A program made the translations under genes and the position numbers. A stretch of DNA of 64,000 nucleotides, taken from NCBI GenBank assembly GCA_964016885.1, contig OZ024741.1:235042001-235106000 (forward strand), read 5' to 3'. Source of the stretch: Eledone cirrhosa (lineage: Eukaryota). Each line of letters begins with the position of its first letter. The stretch's first letter is position 1. The notes beneath the pieces are model-generated. The model saw only the letters and a list, made by a program, of their open reading frames with translations, was not told where the DNA came from and searched no databases. Shown here piece after piece: positions 25,566 through 46,378 of the stretch.

Positions 25566-26869
25566 CAGGGTGGGGCATAATTCCTGTTACAAAGTTTTAA
25601 ATCAATTTAAAAATACATTATGTTGCTAATATAACTAATATATTTGTATCAAATCCATGCACTATAACCATATTAACTATTTTTCAGAACATTACGCCAT
25701 TAACAATTTGCAAGTCCATAGAATTGAAAAGAAAGTTCATTGTAGAGAAGCATGAAAAAGGCCTGACTCCACCCGAGATATTTAAACTGGGGAAAATTCT
25801 TAAGATCAATAGAATGTTGATCAAAAGGACAATCGATCGATTTAAGGAAACTTCCTCGACCAAAGACAGACCTCGATCCAGACGCCCTCGCACCTCAAGA
25901 ACACCAAAACTCGTTAAAAGTGTGAGGGAAAAAATAAGGCGTAATCTAAGAAGGTCCATGAGAAAAATGGCAGAAGAAGCAGAAACATCACCGAGAACTA
26001 TGCGGAGGATATGTCGAGATGATCTGGGGATGTCACCCTATAAGTTCCAAAAGAGGCAGCTTCTTTCTGCAGCCACAATTGAAAAGAGGATCTCCAGAAG
26101 TAAACTGTTATTGAACCGTATCAAGGATGGCACGCTGCAAAACATCATCTTTACAGATGAGTATTTATTCACTGTGCAGCAGTCTCACAATCATCAAAAT
26201 GATCGAGTACTTGCAAAAAGTCTCAAATCAATTCCTTCAAGTGTAGGAAAAGTGTTCAGAACACAGAAACCAACATCAGTGATGGTTTGGGCAGCCATTT
26301 CTGAAAGAGGGATGTCTCCTCTGATTTTTGTGCCTCAAGGAGTTACAATTAACAAAGAACTTTACATAAAGGATATTTTGGAAGGAGCACTGATGCCATG
26401 GTGCACATCTGTTTATGGTGATGACATTTGGACTCTCCCACAAGATGGAGCGACGAGCCACACTGCTCGCGTAACACAACAGTAGTGTAGAGACCATTGT
26501 CCTGCATGGATCAGTAAGGAAGAGTGGCCTCCCACATCACAAGATCTCAACCCTCTCGATTTTTCTTTATGGTCAATTCTTGAGACTGAAGCCTGCTCTA
26601 CTCCTAGCCAAAATATTGAAACTTTAAAATCAAAACTGAATAAAGTATGGGAGAAAATACCCATGGAAACTGTGCGTGCAGCCATCGAAGACTTTCCTAG
26701 AAGTCTTCGAGCGGTAGTGAGAGCTAGAGGAAAGCATTTCGAATAAATCTTTGTGCAGTTGTTTAATAGTATATTACTTACTATTTGTTGAAGTCAGATC
26801 TTGAAATAAATGTTTTTTTTCAAGAACTATTTGCATTTTATTTTGTAACAGTTTTTATGCCCCACCCTG
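25566..26869 (+). mobile_element. Tc1/mariner superfamily DNA transposon, DD37D (maT) family, full length (1304 bp)
   Basis: ~28-bp TIRs CAGGGTGGGGCATAA...CTGTTACAAA and TA duplication at 25564-65 and 26870-71. Confidence 0.93.
25718..26746 (+). pseudogene. DD37D transposase with presumptive start ATG->ATA and one in-frame TAG (26483-26485)
   Basis: HTH region with RSRRPRTSRT, IIFTDE, VMVWAAIS, QDGATSH, WPPTSQDLNPLDF. There are 37 residues between the second and third Asp, and the frame continues to TAA at 26744-26746. Confidence 0.9.
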
Positions 26870-27269
26870 TATGTGTACATGTAATCATTAGGGCTCTTGG
26901 ATATGTTACTAACTGCCTTAGTACAAATCTGAGTTTCACAGAACAAGAAAGCGCAAAGCTAGTTAGGAAGTTGCAAGTACTGTCCATTAATGGAACTGTA
27001 AAAATATGTAAAAACATTTCAGAAATTCAGCATGTAATAACAGCATATACACATGTAAAGATGCAGAAACATGCACGTGTACACATATAACTCAAAACAT
27101 ACAGATCCACACATGTAATAACATCCATACCTGCACATACGTACACAGAAACACATACAGACATATGCATTTACCTAGTCGATGATGTCTAAATTCCAAT
27201 GAAAGAGTCTTGCCTGTATGTTAGAAATCGTTTCTCTCTCTCTCTCTCTCTCTATTGGTGAAGATTTAT

Positions 27270-27460
27270 AATAATTGTTTCTACGTTAGGCACAAGGCCA
27301 GCAATTAACCAGTGCATTACTGGTACTTTATTTTATCGACCCCGTAAGGATGAAAGGCAAAGTTAACCTCGGCGGGATTTGAACTCAGAATGGCAAGGGC
27401 CGTAACTCTATACGTCAAAGCATGGCGTCCGACCCTCTCCCAATACTGCCAATCCACCGA
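27270..27460 (-). mobile_element. S1 SINE
   Basis: Full S1 consensus on the minus strand. Confidence 0.88.
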
Positions 27461-27715
27461 AACCAGAACATACATACATACATATAGATAGATTGATACA
27501 TGAATATATATATATATGTGAGAAAAAACACAAACCCTCCATCTCAATTCTACTTTTGAAAAGCAGAAGAACTGCGAAACCGGTAAAGGAACCAAATAAA
27601 TATATATTTTTATAAAAAAAAGACTCTAGCTGCATTTTCGATTTCATCTTTTTTCCTTATACTTTCATTCATGTAGGACACCTCGGGTTTTTTTCATTTT
27701 GTAAAAAAACCTCAC

Positions 27716-27811
<96 letters not shown>

Positions 27812-27999
27812 GGGGAGAGAGAGAGAGAAGTATACCCGGGTAACATTTTGACCAGTGATCCCTGCACAGGATTTGTAATCCCTCATCGTGTTGAAAATGT
27901 TAAACAATATTAATGTTAATAATAAGTGGAAAGATAATTATAATAATACTGAAAGATAACAGGTTCCATAAATGATATAGATACAATGGTCCCTTCAGT

Positions 28000-28500
28000 A
28001 ACGCAGCCATGGTAACGATTTCCATACAAAAATAACAAATTAATAATTAAGGTCACGAAAGGTCATGAAAGGTCACTTGGGCTCTCCCCTCAAATTCTCT
28101 CTGGCTGTATTAGTGTAATACTTGACTAGCTTTTTAATTAAAAAAAAAACGGAAAAGAGAAGAAAAATGTATAAATAGCGAAAGTAAGGTATGGGGTCGG
28201 GGGGGGGGGGGGGGGGGGCTCGGCTGACTACACCGTTGCCTAAGTGGTATATCTCAGCTGCGCCCCGCGGACAAGATGACGAAGGCATTGCCGCAGAGAA
28301 CAGTCAGCGACACCCTCTGCGTCAGCCACTCCATCTTTTTCTTAGGGGGGATTTTGCGAAGGAAGACAGCAAGCAGTTCGGGTACCGAAGACACCAAAGG
28401 TCTTGACGGCGACCGACACGAAAAGGAAGCGATGGCTTTACTTTACCTGAAGTGTTTGTCTTGTAAACGTTTGTTTTGTGTCCTTCAATAATATAAGGAC
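28000..28500. promoter_or_regulatory. Non-repetitive CpG-rich island with three AGGTCA half-sites; candidate promoter or enhancer
   Basis: AGGTCA-cgaa-AGGTCA-tgaa-AGGTCA at 28050-28075; RFX-like half-sites CCATGGTAAC and GTTGCC; many CpGs in 28220-28430. Confidence 0.3.
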
Positions 28501-28734
28501 TGCTAAATAAGTTCTCACTCTTCTGTTAATGATATGTATCGTGTAAGACAAAATAAAGGTAAACGAATCAATAAATCGGAAGCGAATTTTTTTTTCTTTC
28601 TGTCTACTGTACAATTATTTTTTAAGGGATGCTTTGAGTGTATGCGTTCGGTAATGGTTGAAGTTTTTGTCCTAAAATACATGTTTTAAGTGATGTGGTA
28701 ACGGATTATAATCGTTACCAAATGGCTCACTGTA

Positions 28735-28950
28735 ATAATAATTTCTAACTTTGGCATAAGGCCAGCAATTTAGGGGGAAGGAAAAGTCAATTATATCGAC
28801 CGTAGTACTTGACTGTGTCTTTATTTTATAGAGCTCAGAAGTGTGAAAGGCAAAGTTACTCTCGGTGGAATTGGAACTCAGAATTTAAAGAGAAAAATAC
28901 TGCTCAACATTTATCCGACGCTCTAACGACTCTGCTTATTGAGCGCCCGA
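28735..28950 (-). mobile_element. Older diverged S1 SINE
   Basis: Degenerate core TTTATTTTATAGAGC..TGAAAGGCAAAG..GAACTCAG. Confidence 0.7.
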
Positions 28951-29261
28951 GGGTCCATAATAATCCATATTGAAATAAATTAACATGTTTTTTTTTTTAA
29001 TTGAATTATTTGACATCATGAATGGGAGGGATGTGTTTGATATGCAGTAGCCAAGTATTGATATTTAGTTGAAGATTAGGAGGCCTTATTCGTAATTTAC
29101 TACGTTTTTCCAGACTGAAGCCATTCTTCTGCTTTGTTAAATCTATTTGTTTGGCTACAACCAACATCAACAAACATGTATAAATTTAGAGATGCATGTC
29201 AAAATGGTTCAACTGTTGTACTAAGCTTGGAGTGTTTGGTATAATTATCTAAATTTGATCA

Positions 29262-29900
29262 AGGGTGGTGGATTGGCAGAATCGTTAGAGCATCGGATAA
29301 ACTGTTTTGCGGCATTTAGTTACAGTTCTTTACGTTCTGAGCTCAAATCCCGCTGTGGTTAGCTTTGCCTTTCATTATTGTGGACTGGCAGTATCGGTAG
29401 AGGGTCGGACACCATGCTTTGACGTATAGAGTTACGGCCCTTGCCATTCTGAGTTCAAATCCCGCCAAGGTTAACTTTGCCTTTGATCCTTACGGGGTCG
29501 ATAAAATAAAGTACCAGTAATGCACTGGGGTAATTACTGGCCTTGTGCCAAAAGTAGAAACATTATTATAGGGTCGATAAAATAAAGTATCAGTAACGCA
29601 CTGGGTCGATTTAATCGACTTTCTCCTTCCTCAAAATTGGCCTTGTACCTAAATCAGAAACCATTGTTTAGATTTGATCAAGGATGGTGGATTGGCAGAA
29701 TCGTTAGAGCGTCGGATAAACTGTTTTGCAGCATTTAGTTACAGCCCTTTACACTCTGAGTTCAAACACCATCTAGGTCAACTTTGTCCTTCATCCTTCC
29801 GTACTCGATAAAATAAAGTACCAGTCAAGTATTGGGGTCGATATAATCGACTTCGCCCTCATCACAAAATTACCAGCCTTGAACTATAATTTAGAATTGT
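29262..29900 (+). mobile_element. Compound S1 SINE cluster (young copy nested in an older one, followed by a tandem copy)
   Basis: Three heads TGGCAG(A/T)ATCG. The young copy ~29385-29565 interrupts the older one at CATTATT. Confidence 0.8.
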
Positions 29901-29904
29901 TCCA

Positions 29905-30880
29905 GTAGTCAATGAAGGTTTTACTTTTCAATAGTAATTTAGCTTCGAGATCTACACACACAGTAATATATTCATCTTGTAAATGAGATTCAACATCTGT
30001 ATTCTCTATGTCGAAATCAAACTGTGTAACAACCCAGCAAAGAATTTTCTTCTTGTCCTTCGAAACGTACGTAAAAGTCTTTAATTTTTTGTCTGTTTTA
30101 CGGGGTCACTATCTGAAATGTGTCCGCTTCTTCTTCCAATTACCGTAAGTTTGAAAAATATTTAAAATCTCTACGTGCCAATGTAGATTTAATGAAACCA
30201 CGTTTGACTTGAAAGCCTATTATTGTTCGGGCTTGATTAACTGTGACATACATTGCAGGCTCTTTCGTATTTTATTGAATTTTGAATATATATCTGGTAA
30301 ATGAAATAAATATTTCTTACAACTTTTCAACTCATCATATAGTGATGGTTCTACATTGGTAAGAAACTCCACAGTTGAATTATACAAATCGATAGATCTA
30401 TGCAAGCTATCGCCTCTCGATAATCTCATTATCACCGCCTCTGTAATTAGTTTCATCATTTTCTCCACATAACACGCGGTGGTGCCTCAGCATGGCAGTA
30501 TAACATAAGACCGTGCTCCAGCATGACCACAGTTTAATGAGTGAAACTAGTAAAATATATAACATTACAAACACATTCATGAATTGAGAGGATTTGTATT
30601 AATGTTATTAATTGATCTAATACACACTCTTAAGGCATCATTTTGTACTTCACCATTAATTTTCTTAGATAAAATATGTTGTCCATGTAACACACAATGA
30701 ACACTACCTACATTTTCCTTAAATATGGCGGTAAATCCTGTGTAACGGCCAATCGTCGGCAGTAAATATTTCAGAGAATATAATTTCTTCAACAATTCCT
30801 TCCCACATTGAAAAATTACCTCGCTTTCTGCATCACATTTAAAGTATGTGATAAAAAATAAAAAATTCGCTATCAATTCA
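29905..30880 (-). pseudogene. Degraded hAT (Buster/Charlie/SPIN-like) transposase fragments
   Basis: GRYTGF..VHCVLHGQHILSK (CxxH motif) and EAVIMRLSRGDSLHRSIDLY, which resembles the EVRWLS motif. Confidence 0.7.
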
Positions 30881-31581
30881 ATTTAGGCTTATGCTAAACA
30901 TCCCATGTCATAAATAAGATTATTTGAACTGCCGAAAGTAAGCCCTCTGGCACAACATTTTTTCTTTAAAGAAACTAACAGGATACTTCTTCTATGTGGT
31001 CAAAACGCGACATAACTGAAGCCGTGTTTGCAATATAGTTGACAAACCAGATTACAAACAGGCACTTACAACCTCAAAAGTTGCCTCCCTTGATTCCCCA
31101 GAAGTAATATTCGACGATCTCCGTTTGGTAACGATCTCATTCAAGGGGGTTAGGTTTTTAGATAATTAACACGCAACTCATACCACACGCATACTACACA
31201 CATACAAATTAAAGCTGGGAGATCAAACACTCCAGAATTGCCTCCCTTGTTTCCGAAATGAGACTCTCCTCTGTTTAAAACCAAATATAGTCGGCTAAAG
31301 GTGTTTCTTTTTTCGTAGTTTTGTTTGAACGCCTGACGGGAGGCCAGTTTTGAAGGAGCTCCTCCACAATACAGCAATGGCCGTATCTGGACCAGAAACC
31401 AATGGTGGCTGGTGGCACATACGTATTAAGTGTATGGAACTTTATTTATACTAAATAAAATAATCTTTTGCAATAAATTGAGCATTGTTTTCCCCGACCT
31501 TTTATCTACAGATATCCTACACACAAACACATACACACACACAAACACATACACACACACCCACCCACACACACACACACC

Positions 31582-31612
<31 letters not shown>

Positions 31613-31686
31613 GTACACACACACAAACACATATATACATGCATATATATATGTACACACACACATATATATATACACACACATAT

Positions 31687-31725
<39 letters not shown>

Positions 31726-31886
31726 CATATATATATATATACATATACTTACGGTTAACATGTTGACTAATCGCGGTTGCTTATGCAACGCATCAACCAG
31801 TGAATGATGATGCAATTCAATTTAAGCACTCAACGTCACGTATTTTCTTCCAAATATGATTTGTCAGTCAGTGATGGAGTATATGT

Positions 31887-32197
31887 AGAATAAAGAAAAT
31901 GCGAAGTTCAGTGTAGATGTTAAAGAGTCCTCTATTAACAAAGCTGTGATACATATTTCAATAGCGATCGTGGCTTTGTGATTATTCAATCATATAACCA
32001 GTCACGCGATATCATCAGACAGCATCATATGTAATAAGGCTACGTTTCCGAGGCAATCCAATCTAAAGACACGGGGACAGACAGAAATGATGTCTTCATA
32101 GTTGAAATCCATTCCATTGACTTTAGAGAAGCGTAACCTTATTACATAAGCTGCTATCTGATGACATCCACACCGAACTTCGCATTTTCCTTATTCT
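31887..32197. mobile_element. MITE-like element with ~35-bp terminal inverted repeats
   Basis: AGAATAAAGAAAATGCGAAGTTCAGTGTAGATGT versus the reverse complement of the right end AGAATAAGGAAAATGCGAAGTTCGGTGTGGATGT; no clear TSD. Confidence 0.6.
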
Positions 32198-32249
32198 TTC
32201 TCTCTCTCTCTCTCGTTCTTTCTCTCCCTCTCTACACACAAACTCACAA

Positions 32250-32307
<58 letters not shown>

Positions 32308-32931
32308 TAGGAAATAATAGACAAAAATATAACTATTTTTTTTTTTCAAAGTCCCGACTACAGTTTCGCCAACTGGTCTGCAGTAATCATGCACCAGAAA
32401 AGCGCACCATTGCTGTGAGGCTGTCGGCTTATCATGAGACCTCTCAATTTAGTGGACTATTTCTTGACCTGACCGTTACAAGTGAATAATTCTCACACAC
32501 ACGAGCCAATCAAAGGTCCAGCAATCGTAAAATTGTTTAATCCATGGGTAATCCGCGGGTGAAGTGTTCCAAGGTTCCGGGTAGATATCCAGGTTCGAAT
32601 GACATACTTAAATACGTATATGTCTGCATGCGCACGCGTGTGGGGTGTGTGTGTGTGTGGGGGGGGGGGGGGGGCGCATTTGAGTCTCTGTTTATGTCTA
32701 GTAACTTAGCAGTTCGGAAAAAGAGATCGATAAAATAAATACGGGGATCGATATCATCGACTAAAGCAAGGCGGTGCCCCAGTATGACAGGGGCCTAATG
32801 GCTGGATCCTGCAGGATACAATCGCACACTCACACGCGCACACATACATACAAACACATACACACATCCATACATACCAGTACGTACCTACATATACACA
32901 CACATACACATGCGCCCACATATATACACAA

Positions 32932-33000
<69 letters not shown>

Positions 33001-33019
33001 TTTTCCTTACAAATTTCAA

Positions 33020-40555
<7,536 letters not shown>

Positions 40556-41159
40556 CCACCATTTTAATGTCCTGTTTTTGTCATGTCATGTGTTGAACAT
40601 GTCTGCACTAGAACCCCCCCCCCCCCCACTTCCTCTACAACATCTGAAATCCTGCGCCATCTCCTCTGCATCAAAGCCTCTACATCTCAGATCTAACTGC
40701 TTCAGTGTCGGTCAGCTGTTTTTCTTGGTTTGCTGTAACTATACCATAGGACAATATTCATACAAACCTGTAACACCTGTATCTACCTCTACCTCCCCAG
40801 TATCTATAACGCATGCGTACGGGAGCATAGCCATGTGGTCAGGAGGCAATTTGATTAAAACTGAAAACATTAGACTAGATCCAAACACTAAAATCGGAGA
40901 ATCAAGACAGAACTATTCACACAAGAACATAAAACCCCTCCATGGTCACTATTCTGCAAGACTAGACAAAAGGAGTGAGCCAATAGGAAAGCCAACAATA
41001 GCACAAAAGCTCTGTAATAAAAGGTAGAAACAACAGAAGATCTAATTTCAACTGAACAAGATCAATGTCTAAATGTAACACGTACTAAATACCAAAATAA
41101 AACAAGAGGTTAATGTCAACTGCATTAGAATGTATAATCAACATAAAGAAATAATTAGC

Positions 41160-41560
41160 CACAATACATCTGGATATTTAGTACTCTCAAAGACAGAATA
41201 TATCTACAGATATAACTGTGTAGGTATCTCCATCCATTGCGACATCATTTTTGCCTGTCCTATACTCTGAAAGAAAATATTTCTACCGATATAACTGTGT
41301 GGGGAGCTATCTCCACTGTCCTCATTATTTTCAGTTGTCTACTATTTTCAAAGATAAAATATATCTACAGAAATAATTGTGTTGGTAGCTCTATCTTTTA
41401 TGGCTGTCCAATGCTCTAAAAAAAAAAAGCATCTATCTATAAATACAGCTGTGTAGGTAGCTATGTCTATTGACCACACAATTTCTGGCTGTCCAGTTCT
41501 TTTAAAGACAGAATATATCTTCAGATATAACTTTATAGATAGCTATATCCGTTGGGCAAA
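41160..41560. repeat. Diverged ~80-bp tandem repeat (about 5 units)
   Basis: Recurrent AAAGACAGAATATATCTACAGATATAACTGTGTAGGTA-like motif at ~80-bp spacing. Confidence 0.7.
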
Positions 41561-41879
41561 TGTAGATATGTTTACACGGAAATTAAGTGGTATATATACG
41601 GATGCACCAAATTCAGTATGTGACTGTGGCATAGCTAAGATATTCTGGCCAGGCTGAAAAGGAAATCAAAGTGAACCACTTGGATGCCCCAGTCAAAGAT
41701 GTGCAAAAGAAAGCCTATGGTATTCTACTCATAGTCTCTTCTGACCAAAACATTGCCCAGTTAAAATGTTGAAAATCTTTCAAAATACGAAGACTTCAAA
41801 TTATAAATAATTAATATGTGGCATTTGGAAGTAAAAACTTTTACCATTAATTTGCTGAACTGGACATAAATATTGGGTA

Positions 41880-43525
41880 CTGGTGAACATACGGGGGCTT
41901 AAAATTCAGTTCAAAAGGTAATACAGTTGTCAAATAACACTAACCGACTATAACAGAAGCGTTTAAACCTGGCTACCCATGGGAACTCCTATATACCGAT
42001 CATCTAGCCCTTATAGTCGAATATATAGCAGAATTAGAGAAGAAGCTCCGGACCTGGAAACATAACATGGAATAAAAAGGTCTTAAGGTCAATTTGGCAA
42101 AGACTAAATAAGGTCTTAATAAGTAGAAAGGAAAATAAAGCCCTGACCCCTTCATGGAAATGGCCTTGCTGAGTGTGCAGGAAAGGAGTGGGTAGAAATG
42201 TTATCCTATGTTCCAAATGCAACCTATGGCTACATAAGCGATGTAGTGGGATTTCAGGCAAGCTAGCAAAAACCTGGGTTTTATATGTGGCCGATGTAGA
42301 GGAGCAGTTACAGCAATATCTCACAGGAAAACAAACTTTGTGAAATACTCAAAGGGCTCTGTAGAAGTAGTTGATAGCTTCTGATACTTGGGTGACAAAA
42401 TTAGCAATGGAGGTGGGATGATTATATGATAATTGTGTATGAACAGTAATGCTGCATGGAAATGAGACATGGGCGCTGTGGGGCAGAGAACCTACGAAGA
42501 ATGGAAAGAAATGAAGCATGGGTGTGTAATAGAAGTGTGCCTGAGCGGCGAAGCGCCAATTAACTGAGAGAGAAACTCGAGATAAGAGGTACCAGAAATA
42601 GTGTGCAAGAGAGGCGATTGAGGTAGCATTGTCATGTGAGGCGTAGAGACGATAACAGCCGTATAAAAAGATGTATGGCACTCAAAGTTGAAGAAAACTA
42701 TGGAAGAGGAAGACCCAGGAAAACTTAGTGATAAAAACTGGCTTTGCGTAATTAAAACTCTCAAAGGCGATGACACAGGATCGAGATCTCTGGCGATATA
42801 CTGTACTGCAGAAGACCCGCCTTCCCAGGTACACAGAATGAAGCAAACATCTAGAGCAGAGGTTCTCAACCTTTTTTCGCCGTGGACCACCAAAATAAGT
42901 AATTCTTTCCTGTGGACCACCTAAACTTTTAAATCTTTTGTAATAGAACTGCTACTTATAAGCATCAGTAGATGTTTTTTTTCAATGAATTAGAAAATGC
43001 TATTATCATGTCGCAGTGTCTAAAAATCTACGCAAATAAACAGCTGAAGTACTTATGCGAAGAATAAGAACAGCGCTTTAAGTCAAATGCATGGATCAAA
43101 AAATAATTTGCTATTGATAATTTTCTGTTGACCACTAGTGGTCAACATGGACCAGGTTGAGAACCCCTGATCTAGGGGACACTAGTCTGCATTAATCTTC
43201 CCCACCCACATCTCAATACTCATCCACTCCTCATCAGCTAAGTATCCTACCATAGACCTATACCATCCCCCAGCTGCCCCCCAAATCCCGTCGACCCCAC
43301 CCCTGATACACCCATCTTGTCTAATCCATGCATACAAGTATGGAAAGCTGGACACGTTCCATACCTGCTCTGCCACAGTGCTGCTACCACCACCACGACA
43401 AAAAAAAAAAAAAAAAAAATCATTTCCGTATAAACAAGACATGGTCACCTGACCTGACATGTTTCACAACATAACAAGTTGTCTCACCCATTCAAAGATG
43501 GAAGATAGGCTTGAACGATGACGTT
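41880..43525 (+). mobile_element. Highly degraded RTE-type LINE 3' fragment, interrupted by an hAT MITE
   Basis: Remnants GYPWELLYTDHLALI (YADD region), Cys-rich VCRKGVGRNVILCSKCNLWLHKRCSGI, VMLHGNETWAL and GRGRPRKT. Confidence 0.65.
42857..43169. mobile_element. hAT-Charlie-type MITE (313 bp)
   Basis: TIRs CAGAGGTTCTCAACCT / AGGTTGAGAACCCCTG; 8-bp TSD ATCTAGAG / ATCTAGGG, matching the NTCTAGAN Charlie target. Confidence 0.9.
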
Positions 43526-43789
43526 AATCTTCCAATACTATAACAGAACTAACACACCACATATTCTTCATACTCAACAACCAATACTATGACAGAATGA
43601 CTTCCTAATATTATAACAAAATTCATACAGCGCTTGTGTGTATTGTATGGACGCGTAACCTGTAGGGGTGCCGTCGTAGTATACAGGGGCGGTGGAAGCT
43701 TTTTCTGAATTGTGTGTATGGGGGGGGGGGTACATTTGGTCAATTTAGTTGCAGTGATTAGTTTAGTTCTTTGCACTCTAAAATGGTCA

Positions 43790-44460
43790 GAAAACTTCGA
43801 TATGCTATAAACATAAAATGTACATAAATTGTAGCGCATATCCAAATAGATGTGTGTTTTGGTAGATTGGGAAGAAACTACCAAAACACACACTACACTC
43901 TTTCAATACACCTCTCTATATGAATTAACACCAAACTCTCCCCCTCTCTATACCTACTATACGGAACTCTCTCCCAAACCCCTCTCTATATCTATAAATA
44001 CATATCTCTATCAATACTCTCTATTCATTACCGCCAACCTCTCTCCCTATGTACATCAACCATACAACACTCTCTCCCAATCCCCCTCTCTATATCTACC
44101 ATACAACACTCTCTCTCGTTCCCTTTCACTCTATCCATCATTACCAAACTCTCACTCTCTCTATATCTATCAATACTTATCTCTATCAATCCTCGCACTC
44201 TATTCATTACCACCAAACTTCCCCGCTCTCTACATCAACCATACAACACTCTCTCCCCTCTCTATCTATACACTACTAAAACTCAGTGATTGCGTGCTTG
44301 TCTGTAATTTAATACAGCCAAAACAGTGCATAATGGGAAAATACTTTGAAAATACTTTGAAAATACTTACAAATGGAATGAAACAAGTTTCGCGTAAATC
44401 GGAGCACGGGTTCCCGAGATATGGGGTTTTTCCAGGTACCTTCATAAATAGAGAGATAGA
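43790..44460. mobile_element. Probable Helitron-like remnant carrying a short copy of the CT-rich minisatellite also found at 60870-62780
   Basis: Shares TGTACATAAATTGTAGCGC.TAT.CAAATAGATGTGT with ~62796-62835 and the TATATCTACCATACAACACTCTCTC units. Confidence 0.4.
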
Positions 44461-44475
44461 TAGATATATAAATAG

Positions 44476-44614
<139 letters not shown>

Positions 44615-44858
44615 GGTGTTGTTGAAAGAAATTATAAGAGGTGACTCCAAAGAATCGAATACAGCATTACTGTATCTAGATCGAGTTTGTTGACTGAATA
44701 TTAAGTCATATGTATCATATAACTTGTGTTAGGACAGAATGTGTGTAGCAAATATTTCCTGCTAAATAGGAAGGGTTTCTAAGTGTGTGTGTATATATGT
44801 GTGTGTGTGTTTGTATATATGTGTGTGCCTGTGACCAGTGTATATTAGACCCCTCCCC

Positions 44859-44899
<41 letters not shown>

Positions 44900-45389
44900 G
44901 TGCATAAGGTAAGTATATACGTTCAACAATCTGGCAGGAAGGTATACGTTGCTGACGATAGCTAACAAGCTTGAAACTAGTACAGCGTTCCTTTGTCAGT
45001 GTTGAACAAACGAGCAACGATGGTTGCTAGACACTACGGCTTAATACGGGATGTTTGTTTACAAACACACCGAGCATTATAATAAATGTTCGGTGAATCC
45101 ATACGTGCATATATATATGTGTGCATGTATGTATATATATATATACATACTACTGTACGTCGGTATACATATATGTATGTACGTGTACATACTTATATTT
45201 AAGTAACAGCCGTACTAAGAGTGGGAAATGAAATATCGTTTCATTTTTTCCGTTTATATATATATATATATTGATATATATATATATATTGGCCTTTCAA
45301 TTTAATTTTACATTATATACATGTCTGTGTATATTTTAATTATTTAAAAATTATTTTTAATTGAACATGATTATATATATATCTATATA

Positions 45390-46378
45390 CTAGCAACAGT
45401 ACCCAGCGTTGCCTGGGTAGGTAAAATAATATCTGCTTTGATGAAAAGGTGTTGATCTTAGCGACTGCTTCTCGATCACTCATCTATGGCCACACACAGG
45501 CCATGCGGGGGAGGGTAGTGATCACTGAGAAATGCGGGTGACTGACGAAGGAGCATGCTGGGGGAGGGAGGTAATGACCTCTAACACTAAGCCAAATTTC
45601 ATCACGCTACTTGATTGGAAACCGATGAATTCTCAAATACACAACTAAAAGCTCAGACGACGTCAGTGGCCATCGTTTTGCCTTTGACCATCTATAAGAT
45701 GTGCAATGATAGGTTCTATCGTAGTATAAAAGGTGAACCAAATAAAGTGATTTATGTGTGAGGTGGAGCCGAAGTTTCGAATTTGAACGAAATCGGTTGA
45801 AAATGTGGGAGCTAGAGCCGAAAAGGCGGAAATTTAAACGAAAAGGTGGTATTTTCGAATATTTAAGCGGCTGCCACGCCGTTCCTGAACAAAAAATCCA
45901 AAATGTAAAACCACCGTAAGACATGAAATAATCAGATCTAGCGTAGTGTAAAATTTGAACAAAGTAGGTTGATTAATGTGGGAGCTAGAGCCGAAAAAGT
46001 GGAAATTTGAGTCTAAAAGTGGTATTTTTGAATATTTAAGCGGCTGCCACACCGTGCCTGAACAACAAATGCAAAATATAAAGCCATTACAGGATGTGCA
46101 ATGATAAATTCTATTTTGCTTTAAAATTTGAACGAAATCGGTGGCAAAATGTGGGAGCTAGAGCCAAAAATCTTATTTTTCGATACCTAAAAAAAGGTGA
46201 CCCCACTATCGATTTTTATCTGCAGGATGACCCCGGAATAAAAAAAAAAGCGATACGCTGATATATAGAAAACACACCCCGATAACTAATGAACATCGGC
46301 CGTAAGATGTAGGCCCCTATGGGTAATACACAGTCACACAGACACACACACACACATACTTAATTTTATATATACAGA
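45390..46378 (-). mobile_element. Non-autonomous Helitron
   Basis: Minus strand reads A|TC...subterminal hairpin ACCCAG/CTGGGT (45401-45418)...CTAG|T; three internal ~180-bp tandem units containing ATGTGGGAGCTAGAGCC. Confidence 0.7.

Larger units (their letters stand above)
23818..27265 (+). mobile_element. Degraded 5'-truncated RLE-type non-LTR retrotransposon (R4/Dong-like), interrupted by a SINE and a maT transposon
   Basis: RT segment HSFFEDDPKLYAK...FSKDIGMEF..DKC; CCHC knuckle CRLCG..EDVTHTISSC followed by RHD; YWWNVPV..HNRPD endonuclease motif; C-terminus (ALGYV...LQVLSINGTVKICK) resumes after 26871. Confidence 0.85.

Noticed and set aside
28191-28491. Short 71-aa ORFs as a host gene
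   Set aside because: No recognisable domain or supported exon structure.
40578-41027. 149-aa ORF as a gene
   Set aside because: No domain; GNLIKTENIRLD weakly resembles an R4-type RT segment, so it is probably a decayed LINE scrap, too weak to annotate.
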